A stretch of DNA of 64,000 bases from a virus. Lineage: Duplodnaviria; Caudoviricetes. The stretch covers positions 56,296 through 120,295 of the IMG/VR virus record IMGVR_UViG_2974601178_000001; one strand, written 5' to 3'. How positions within the stretch are numbered: the first letter of the stretch is position 1; every line of letters starts with the position of its first letter. Shown piece after piece: positions 1-7,915 of the stretch. The notes under the pieces were generated by a model. That model was not told the DNA's origin. It searched no databases and saw only the letters and a program-made list of their open reading frames with translations. The translations under genes were made by a program, and so were the position numbers.

Positions 1-169
1 ATCAAAATATCCCACTTTAAAATATCATTATGGAATAAGGGTGTAACCTTTTGTTATAAGGTGTGTTGGGGATAGGGTGTTTTTGTTGAATGGGTAATTT
101 TATAAAAAATTTTAAATCTACTTCTCGAAATGGGGGTGTACCTTTGGTATATATCTGTGGGAAAATATT

Positions 170-182
170 TAACTACTTGATA
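170..182 (-). promoter_or_regulatory. IHF-binding consensus site
   Basis: Minus strand TATCAAGTAGTTA matches WATCAAnnnnTTR exactly. Confidence 0.5.
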
Positions 183-1218
183 TAAAAGGGGTTATAGGTT
201 GGAAAAGGTTATTTTGGGAAATATTAGAACTACTTCCGTTACTTGTTTAACGCTTCACCTCATACTAAAGTACCACTTCTGAGAATATCAAAATAATTTC
301 CCAATAGTCCACTTCCCACAATAATAACATCTTATTAACAAGTGATACCCTTATAACAAAACCTTTCAATAAATGGATTCCTTATTCCAAAAGGTAATTC
401 AACATAATATATCTTATAGGAAGTCATTACAATTGTTACAATATAACACTTCCCAAAGTATTATCCCCTTTTGTTTTATAATACCAATTACTACAATAAA
501 ACAAAGATTAACCCACTTTATGCAATTATTACATTGTGTTAAAAGTATTAACATTTAATCAATATTTATTCAATTAGTGTGGGAAGTGGGATAATTTTTG
601 TAAAGTGGGGTAACTTGTGTTACTTTGTAACAAAGGGATGAGGTAGTGGGGTAGTTTGTGGCATTGCGTTTTTAAGGGGTTAAAAACCTCAACCCCAAAA
701 TCAACCCCCCTTTCCCTCACATCCACCTATAACCTAATCAACTAACATTTGTTTACACGTAAACAAGAATAATCACCATTTGACACAACGTGTCGAAGTA
801 TCCCCTATATTGTTACTATGTAACAAAATCAAGCCCTATAAGCTTTTCAAGCTAATTGATAATCCTTATCATTACATAAAAACACCTTGATCAATGTAAT
901 AAAGGATCACCCTTTTGATATAACATAACATATCAATTTTTATTATGTATCTATCTTAATATATAACTAATGCTTATAAGCTATCATTAATTATTGTTAC
1001 ATTATTACATATTCTTATAATCAATATAGTGTATGTTTACTATAACTAGTTGTTATAATTATAAATCCTTGTAAATTGTTATATTATCACACTAAATTTT
1101 GTTGTTTAAGAGTGGCACAATCTTTGCTAATAGATACCCTTTTGTTGTATAGCAGATTAATACAACAAAGTAAACCCTTTAGCATAAATAAAAGCCTAAT
1201 TAAAATCTACTCACAATA

Positions 1219-1541
1219 TGAATATTTATTCAAAAATGGTGCATATTAGCTAAAACCCTCTTTGTTGATAACAATTATCATTTATTCATGATATTGCATA
1301 AATAAGCACATATTTGCATAAAAGTGGTGTATGCATACAACGTGCCATCTTGGTTTGTGTGGTTATTTGCTCCTGTGAGCCATTCTGAGAAGGGTTTATT
1401 TTAGCTAAACAAGTGTACTGGGTAGCATTGCATATGCTCACAGGGGTGATTCTGTTGATACAAGCTGGAGGCCTTTATTTATAAGGGATTCCGAGGGTGC
1501 AAGGTATTTTTAGGTGAAATGGTGTTATGCATAAAAGTGCA
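1219..1541. promoter_or_regulatory. ARG-box-like (ArgR) palindromes
   Basis: TGAATATTTATTCA (1219), TGCATAAATAAGCA (1295), TGCATAAAAGTGCA (1528). Confidence 0.5.
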
Positions 1542-1579
1542 TAGGATTTTGGCACGTGGTGGGGTAAATTTTAGGCAAT

Positions 1580-1610
1580 AAAAAGCCACCTTTTACAGTG
1601 GCTTTATTTT
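1580..1610. terminator. Rho-independent terminator of the leftmost early gene
   Basis: aaaagccac-cttttaca-gtggcttt hairpin flanked by A/T runs. Confidence 0.7.
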
Positions 1611-1641
1611 AAATCTGTTAACATTTTCGCTCAGGTAGTTT

Positions 1642-2007
1642 TTAAGCTAATTTTTCAATATCCCAGTTATCTTCCTCATAACTCGCATCTCTAGAAACAA
1701 CTAACGATTGACCACCCATTTTAACAACCCCGTACAAGTTGCCATCTTTTTCAACAATGTTTTTAACTGTTCGTTTTATCATATGTGTGTAATTATCCAC
1801 CTGTGGGAAAGAGTTAGTACTGATATTAAATTTAACCATTTCAGACCATGTTAAGCTAACCTCTTGATTTTTCATGTTAGTTGTTTTTACTTCAGTGTTA
1901 TTAATTTTACCGTGTTTATCTTCAAAAGCTTTTTTATTTGCTTCAAATTCTGCATTCATTTTAGCAATGTTTAATAGTGAATTGTGAGCTTGTGATAATA
2001 AATCCAT
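1642..2007 (-). CDS. Hypothetical early protein (start moved to ATG 2007)
   Basis: GGAG RBS precedes ATG 2007; the longer GTG start overlaps the promoter. Confidence 0.7.
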   Translation of the reverse strand: MDLLSQAHNSLLNIAKMNAEFEANKKAFEDKHGKINNTEVKTTNMKNQEVSLTWSEMVKFNISTNSFPQVDNYTHMIKRTVKNIVEKDGNLYGVVKMGGQSLVVSRDASYEEDNWDIEKLA

Positions 2008-2748
2008 GATATTCTCCAATTGATAATGATTCTCATTTAGAAGGTGCTTTTTGCCTTTTCCTTCCCACCCCTTAATAATAGCAAACCTGTAGAATAACAC
2101 AACCCCTTTTAAGCAAATAAATCACACTTTTATCAAATTAATTCCAATTGATAACTATTATCATTACCTCCCACCAATACACAATTTTTATAAGGTGTCA
2201 ACTTTTTGAAAAAGGATTAGATTTGCTAAAACGTCCTGTATGCAATTCTAAGAGGTGTTAACCTACAACCCTACCACTAGTATTAAAACATTTACTTTTT
2301 AGCATACAGCGATTTTATAAAAAGATGGCATTCTAATTGCATACAAAAATTTATGATATTCTGGCATACTATTTGCTACGTGTGCAACACTTTTGTAAAT
2401 GGTAACTGTTATCAAATGATAATAGTTCTCATCAACACATAAAAACATTATAACCAAAATCAAATCCTTTATAACAAAACGTTATATGTGAAAAATGGCT
2501 TTTGTGGTAGTGTTTACCCCCAGTTGAAAAGGTTACTTAGTTAAACAAGAATTACTCGCATTTGATAATAATTCTTATTTATAAAGATTTTTAACTATTT
2601 GATCAATGTGCCTAGTTCCCTCTATAAGCCCCGCTAAGCTCCTCAAATTAATATTAATACAATCGTATAACATTGTTATCAAAAACGCTTCCAGTTCCTT
2701 TACAATGAATATAACAGCCAGTTCAAACAAGTTTTAATAGTGTTAAAA

Positions 2749-2958
2749 TTATCTTTTAAAAGTGGTACAACTACGAGTATTTAATTCGCCTTTAAGTTTT
2801 ACCCACTTCGACCCACTTTCACACATAACTTTAGCCATTGCCATTCTATCAGATTCTATCTTTTTGCTAGCTTCAGATAATCCACTACCTATAAAAACCA
2901 ATACGATAATAGAAAGAGTAGTAATTGATAAAGTTGTGATTAAAGTTAAAGTTTTCAT
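2749..2958 (-). CDS. Small membrane-anchored hypothetical protein
   Basis: N-terminal hydrophobic helix; upstream promoter motif near 3041. Confidence 0.6.
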   Translation of the reverse strand: MKTLTLITTLSITTLSIIVLVFIGSGLSEASKKIESDRMAMAKVMCESGSKWVKLKGELNTRSCTTFKR

Positions 2959-3286
2959 AATAATAACGCCTTTAAATTAAAAGCCCTTGCACCATTGCCC
3001 GAGCCGATAAATAGATAGTAAACTAGCTAAATTTTAATAACAACCCTTTTGAGCAAATTAAATCAAACTTTTTAAAAAATCCAACTCAAGCGCACAACCC
3101 GCAGCCAATCCAACACAACAACCACCACCAAAGCACACGGCACCATTAACCACATTGCACTTTTAACAAAGTTTAGCCCTTTGTGTTTAAATGTTTTCTT
3201 TTTTATGTAATCTTTAGTACGTTTTGAATAAAATTCATTGTTTGTCATTGTCTTGGCCTATTGTTAAAAATTATCTGTTATATATA

Positions 3287-3568
3287 TTAATTTTGTTTTA
3301 AAAGTTGTTTTATATCTTTGTTGTCCAGTTTTAAGACATCTTCGAAAATTGTTTTATCATTGCCATAATAAGTATGATCTTTAAAAATTATAGAAGACTC
3401 TGAATAATTTAAATCAGTTTCGACTTCTATAACTTCTAGTTTTAAATCATAATTTAGTTTATGATCTTTCAATATATTATCAAAGTAGTTATAAAGCGCT
3501 TTTTCTACTTGTTTAAAGGTAAACTTATAATCGTTTTCTAATGGTAGTTTATTTTGAGTTGGTAACAT
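3287..3568 (-). CDS. Hypothetical early protein
   Basis: ORF with AGGTG RBS, co-oriented with neighbours. Confidence 0.6.
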   Translation of the reverse strand: MLPTQNKLPLENDYKFTFKQVEKALYNYFDNILKDHKLNYDLKLEVIEVETDLNYSESSIIFKDHTYYGNDKTIFEDVLKLDNKDIKQLLKQN

Positions 3569-3715
3569 AGCAACACCTATTTATTAAAAATTATCTCTTA
3601 AGGAATAACCCGTATATTACAGGCTATTAGTTTAAAAGTAAACTTTTATTTATGAGCTAAATACGATTACCCAAACGATCAACAACCCTTTTTTGCAAAT
3701 TAATTTAATTATTTT

Positions 3716-4003
3716 TTAAACACTCTCTTCTATTGACACAAGCGCCCCATTTTTAAACACCACTTTATAAAAAATATTATTTATATATAAACTATGCTCC
3801 CCTTCTGCGTTCAATTTTAACAAACTTTTAAAAGCGCTCAAGACACATTTAGCTTGTGTTTTACCCATTGCACTGAGTGAACGTTCTAAACCTTGCAAAC
3901 GTAGCTTAGTAAACGTATCGGCCTCATCTCGTTTTAATTGTGCTTTAGCTTGTGCAATTTGTTGATCTTGTTGACTAGGAAAAAATGCTTTGAATAAACT
4001 CAT
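3716..4003 (-). CDS. Hypothetical early protein
   Basis: ORF in leftward early cluster. Confidence 0.65.
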   Translation of the reverse strand: MSLFKAFFPSQQDQQIAQAKAQLKRDEADTFTKLRLQGLERSLSAMGKTQAKCVLSAFKSLLKLNAEGEHSLYINNIFYKVVFKNGALVSIEESV

Positions 4004-4016
4004 ATTTTGCGGCCTG

Positions 4017-4157
4017 TTATAACGATTTTAAAAATTGTTTAGCTTTGCGGGCATTCTTGCGTTCACGTTTTAAGGTGTCGTGATCCTGTTTAAGTTGATC
4101 ATTTTTTGTTTGTGGCTTGCCTTTTTTGGTTCGTGTCGTTTTGATAAAGTTTGTCAT
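4017..4157 (-). CDS. Small basic 46-aa protein (MTNFIKTTRTKKGKPQ...RKNARKAKQFLKSL), below ORF-track cutoff
   Basis: Translated by hand; fills the gap between co-oriented genes. Confidence 0.55.
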   Translation of the reverse strand: MTNFIKTTRTKKGKPQTKNDQLKQDHDTLKRERKNARKAKQFLKSL

Positions 4158-4212
4158 TTTTGGATGCCTTTTTTAAAGTTGGGAGGTGGCGGGAGTGTCC
4201 CGCCGTTGTTGG

Positions 4213-4653
4213 TTATTGATTGTCGTCTTCGTCATAATCAAAGTCTGTTTGCTCAAGTATTTCGCTTATTTCTTCCTGAACATCGGCATACATTGCATAA
4301 AAAGCTAGTGCCTGATGTAAACCAGTTAGCCCATCTTTTTTAAGAATACTTGATAAACTATCACCACAAAATATGTTATCAATTGCATATTCTGAATTAG
4401 CAGAATATTTAAGTATATCTAAGTGGTAATGGTAGTAAATTGCATACTGGCTACCGTCTATTGTTTCATGTAACAAACTATCATTTACCAATTCTTCGAT
4501 CTCATCCCTGTTAAAACTAATTTGATCGCAATCTAAAGCTTCATTAATTGCATAGATAACACTATCCGTTAATGATAACACCGCTTGATGGTAGTTAAAA
4601 TCAGAGTTTAAGTTTTCAACGTTTTCGTAAGATACAGTAGTTAAGTTTTTCAT
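4213..4653 (-). CDS. Acidic Ocr/gp0.3-like DNA-mimic anti-restriction protein (putative)
   Basis: Very D/E-rich, acidic tail DFDYDEDDNQ; LHETIDGSQYAIYY resembles the Ocr IHMAADNAVPHYY segment; early location. Confidence 0.5.
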   Translation of the reverse strand: MKNLTTVSYENVENLNSDFNYHQAVLSLTDSVIYAINEALDCDQISFNRDEIEELVNDSLLHETIDGSQYAIYYHYHLDILKYSANSEYAIDNIFCGDSLSSILKKDGLTGLHQALAFYAMYADVQEEISEILEQTDFDYDEDDNQ

Positions 4654-4761
4654 AATAATACTCTCTTTTAAAATGTAAATTTTGCCTTAATTGGCGTTTT
4701 GTTTCAATAATGTAATTCTAGGTTAATTGGTATTTGTTGTCAATAAAAATTTTTAATTTAT

Positions 4762-4983
4762 TTAAATTAATTTTGCAGCAATAGCGCTAACTTCAGTAGC
4801 AACCCCATTCACAACGTCAAAGCGCTTTTTATTAAGTGGCTTAACACTTGGCATAGTAGCCGCCCATTTTTCGCCTGTAGCCTTGCTGCGCTCGTTAGAT
4901 TCAATTTTAACAAGCTGATCCGCCTTAACTGATTTGATGAAATTGCGTAAAGCTGTACGTGTTGGGAAGGTGAAAGTTTTCAT
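4762..4983 (-). CDS. Hypothetical early protein
   Basis: ORF with AGGA RBS. Confidence 0.65.
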   Translation of the reverse strand: MKTFTFPTRTALRNFIKSVKADQLVKIESNERSKATGEKWAATMPSVKPLNKKRFDVVNGVATEVSAIAAKLI

Positions 4984-5073
4984 GATTTGATCCTAGTTTG
5001 TTTTTACTGGTCAACGGTATTGCTAACCAGTAATTTAATATTAATTGATAACGTTTAATATTGCAAGTAGTTT

Positions 5074-5451
5074 TTAAAAGTTTTCTGCAATTTGTTTTAA
5101 ATAAAAATAACACTGATCAGCGTGATCTGATTCACTGCCACCGATTAAACTGATCGCGGTGTTAATAGCTACCTTTTGATCCTGTGTTAATTCTACCGTT
5201 GTAAGTTTTGGCACAATTGGTAATAAATCGGACTCTTTAAAATCAAAACCAGATTCTTTTAATATATAATTATAAGCATTGTTTAAAATCGCTTGCTTAC
5301 TATCAAAAGGTAAACCGACTTGATCACCGTTAACCATCGCACCATGTTTGACATAGAATCGCCATAGTTTACCCCAGCGTACCGCACTGATATAAGTATC
5401 TTCATTATTTTTAGCTAGTGTGATTGATTGATCAAAATCTGATAATTTCAT
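5074..5451 (-). CDS. Hypothetical early protein
   Basis: ORF with upstream TTGACA promoter near 5520. Confidence 0.65.
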   Translation of the reverse strand: MKLSDFDQSITLAKNNEDTYISAVRWGKLWRFYVKHGAMVNGDQVGLPFDSKQAILNNAYNYILKESGFDFKESDLLPIVPKLTTVELTQDQKVAINTAISLIGGSESDHADQCYFYLKQIAENF

Positions 5452-5811
5452 AGTTTAAAACCTTTTTAATAATGTGATTGTTTGATTGAGTGTTAATTGT
5501 AACGGTTGGCGTTGGTGGTGTCAACCGCTTTTTATGGTTTATTTTACTAAGTGGTAAATTAGGTCTTCTATATCTATTATGGTAAAATCTTCACTAGGGA
5601 AAAGTCTACAAGCTATATTAAAAACATCTCTTGTGTTTTTGTTCCCTTTTATCAACTCATTTTTAACCAAATTAATAATACCAGTGTTTAATCCATAAGT
5701 TTTGCAAATATTGCCTTTCATAATCTTAAACCTTAATTTTAAGCCTTGGCGGTATTGCCTAGCCGATAAATACATAATAGCACAATGTTTTTAATTTGTG
5801 CAAGTGTTTTA

Positions 5812-6054
5812 TTAAATTAACTGAGAATTAATGATCTTTGATCTTTCCTTTTCATAGATGACAACGCTTGAAAAATCATTTTTCATAGTGCCTGTGTGGT
5901 TTAATCTATCCAGTTTACTAAGTGCTAACCATCCACTAACATAAGAATTTAAACGGTCTTTTAAAAGTTGACAATCTTTGTTTAAACTAACTTGATCTTT
6001 TAATTTGTCGATCTCTTTTTGGTAATGATCTTTTAACATCTGCAAATTATCCAT
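5812..6054 (-). CDS. Hypothetical early protein
   Basis: ORF with AAGGA RBS. Confidence 0.6.
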   Translation of the reverse strand: MDNLQMLKDHYQKEIDKLKDQVSLNKDCQLLKDRLNSYVSGWLALSKLDRLNHTGTMKNDFSSVVIYEKERSKIINSQLI

Positions 6055-6310
6055 TTTTAAGTCCTTATTTATTTATATTCAAAATCAACTTGATCAAACT
6101 CGTTTACCAATTGCACTTTATAAAATCCACCATTTAAGCCAACCTTATGAGCTTGATCCGCTGGTACGTTGTAACGTGTAAATGGTGCGCTTGTTTCATA
6201 TTCAAAAGTAATAACTGTAAACATATTTAAAAACCTTGTGTTAATTGTTCGTTGTTTCAATACGTACACATTATAAGGATATTTTATCCGCTGTCAACAA
6301 GTAAAAACAA

Positions 6311-6817
6311 TTATTTTAAATATTTTTTAAACCTTGTGCTATAAATTTGCCAGCTGTGATCATCATCTATAACATTTTTAAAAACACTATTCCTTATATT
6401 AGGGTATTTGATCACCGTTGTTAATGTGTAATCTTTTTTACGTAGATTAAACCGCTCTTGCAAACGTTCAATTAATAAAGCGTGATCCGTTGGTGTTGGT
6501 GTCCAGTCATTGCAACAAAGATCTTTTATACTTTTATCTAATTTGTATAATTCAACTTTAACATTTTTATCGTGCTTGATCCCTCTTGCTTTTAATTCAC
6601 GTTTTAAAAGTCGGTGTCGCTTGGCTAAGTATAACAATTTATTTCTAAAAAATTTAACATGCCCCGCATTTAATGTGTAATTTGCTGGTATATCCTTTTG
6701 TTTGAAGCGGTGCGGATGTGTTACTAATTCATTAACTATTCTAGGCAACTCGCGCCATTCTGCAATTAGCCATTGGTCGGTTAGATCGCTTGGATCAATC
6801 GTATTGATTCTAGTCAT
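6311..6817 (-). CDS. denV: Pyrimidine-dimer DNA glycosylase (T4 endonuclease V family)
   Basis: MTRIN N-terminus, LIAEWRELPRI and YTLNAGHVKFF motifs; start moved to MTRIN. Confidence 0.9.
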   Translation of the reverse strand: MTRINTIDPSDLTDQWLIAEWRELPRIVNELVTHPHRFKQKDIPANYTLNAGHVKFFRNKLLYLAKRHRLLKRELKARGIKHDKNVKVELYKLDKSIKDLCCNDWTPTPTDHALLIERLQERFNLRKKDYTLTTVIKYPNIRNSVFKNVIDDDHSWQIYSTRFKKYLK

Positions 6818-7001
6818 AATAAGCCTTTGTTTAAGTTGTTCCAACACGTACAAAGTTATATTATTTTTAAGGTAGTGTAAACAGTTTTATTAAAAGAATT
6901 ATTTTTGCAAATAGTTGGTGATCTTTGTTGACAGGTTAAAACTTTTTCTTATATAATAGCAGGACACAAACAGAGAATATTATTTATAAAGGGTATATAT
7001 T

Positions 7002-7220
7002 ATGAAAACTAAATTACCAATTAAACGCGGTGGATCTTTTATTGTTGGATCTGATTGCGAGCCGATGTTGTTTACTGAAGCACAAGCTAAAACTTTTATT
7101 AAAAAATGTATAGCTTATAGGAACAGACAATTTAAAAGGAATAACCCTAATAATACATATAGAGAAAAACTTTTATCAGTAGATAACAGAGGATCATACT
7201 TTTCATATTCTAGTATTTAA
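7002..7220 (+). CDS. Hypothetical protein with own sigma70 promoter (TTGACA 6928, TATAAT 6952) and terminator (7241-7270)
   Basis: ORF, promoter and hairpin all visible. Confidence 0.65.
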   Translation: MKTKLPIKRGGSFIVGSDCEPMLFTEAQAKTFIKKCIAYRNRQFKRNNPNNTYREKLLSVDNRGSYFSYSSI

Positions 7221-7447
7221 AAGTTTAAATTAATCCACAAAAGCCCTTGCAATTAAAAGTGTAAGGGCTTATACTTCCTAACATAGTAAATTGGATTGAT
7301 TGAAGATATACAGGCCCCCTGCTTGTCATTCCTGCGAGCGCCTGTATGCGATTTTAAGAGGGCGTTTTAATAAAGGTAGTTTTGCACAAGTGGATTGAGA
7401 TCACCTTATACGGTGTTATACATGCTGAAGGGTAGCGTTTAGAAGAG

Positions 7448-7495
7448 TTACACACAGGCTTATTTAGTTATCCACAGGTAGAAAAGTTATCCACA
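7448..7495 (+). promoter_or_regulatory. Three co-oriented DnaA boxes
   Basis: TTACACACA (7448), TTATCCACA (7468), TTATCCACA (7487), spaced 20 and 19 bp. Confidence 0.7.
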
Positions 7496-7562
7496 ATAAA
7501 ATTAATTTAATTTATTTTTAAAAAAGTATTGTAATCTTATATTAGGTGCGTATAATGGAATA

Positions 7563-7635
7563 CATAGAAACAAGCATGCGAACTTTAGCGAAAGCGGGAA
7601 CGGTGGAGAATAAAACACCGAGGCTGCGTGAAATT
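7563..7635 (+). ncRNA. Putative small structured RNA downstream of a sigma70 promoter
   Basis: TTGTAA-N16-TATAAT (7529-7556), no ORF; GC-GAAA-GC and CGGTG/CACCG hairpins closed by CATGCG/TGCGTG. Confidence 0.35.
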
Positions 7636-7803
7636 TAAAATGTTATGATATAACATAACAACTATTTTGCTATAATATAACATCTCATATATTTTGATAC
7701 AGTATAATATGGTATTGAAAATGTAATTCGGTTTTTGGGAGATGATTCTAAGTTTTATGAAAATTTTTTGGGTCTCGGGTAAATGATTTTTCTACCCAGT
7801 TCT

Positions 7804-7816
7804 TAAGTTGTTGATT
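7804..7816 (-). promoter_or_regulatory. IHF-binding consensus site
   Basis: AATCAACAACTTA on minus strand. Confidence 0.5.
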
Positions 7817-7915
7817 TTAAAGAATATTATTTTCGTATCGAGTTCTAAATGATTTTTCATAAAATTAGAAGAACCTGTTAACAAGAATGACTTCTATAAC
7901 AGGTTCTTATTTTAA

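Larger units (their letters stand above)
1113..2377. promoter_or_regulatory. Four sigma54 (-24/-12) elements: 1113+, 1332-1347-, 2326+, 2362+
   Basis: TGGCAY-N5-(T/A)TGCW with exact spacing. Confidence 0.65.
857..2577. promoter_or_regulatory. Cluster of Fur boxes (857, 1266, 2021, 2149, 2417, 2563; weaker 2400)
   Basis: 7-1-7 TGATAATnATTATCA matches with 1-2 mismatches each. Confidence 0.7.

Noticed and set aside
373-558. 61-aa ORF in the left non-coding region
   Set aside because: No RBS, low-complexity translation, overlaps repeat motifs
749-766. parS site (TGTTTACACGTAAACA)
   Set aside because: Palindromic but does not match GTTTCACGTGAAAC or TTTACAnTGTAAA spacing; single copy
4017-4157. 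Programmed frameshift at the A6G run in the small basic ORF
   Set aside because: On recount the ORF is intact in a single frame and the run is not in slippery phase
2975-5770. sigma28 promoters at GCCGATAA (3003, 5762)
   Set aside because: No TAAA -35 element at the required 15-bp spacing
7685-7705. LexA SOS box
   Set aside because: Only the ATACAGTA half-site is present; the CTG half is missing
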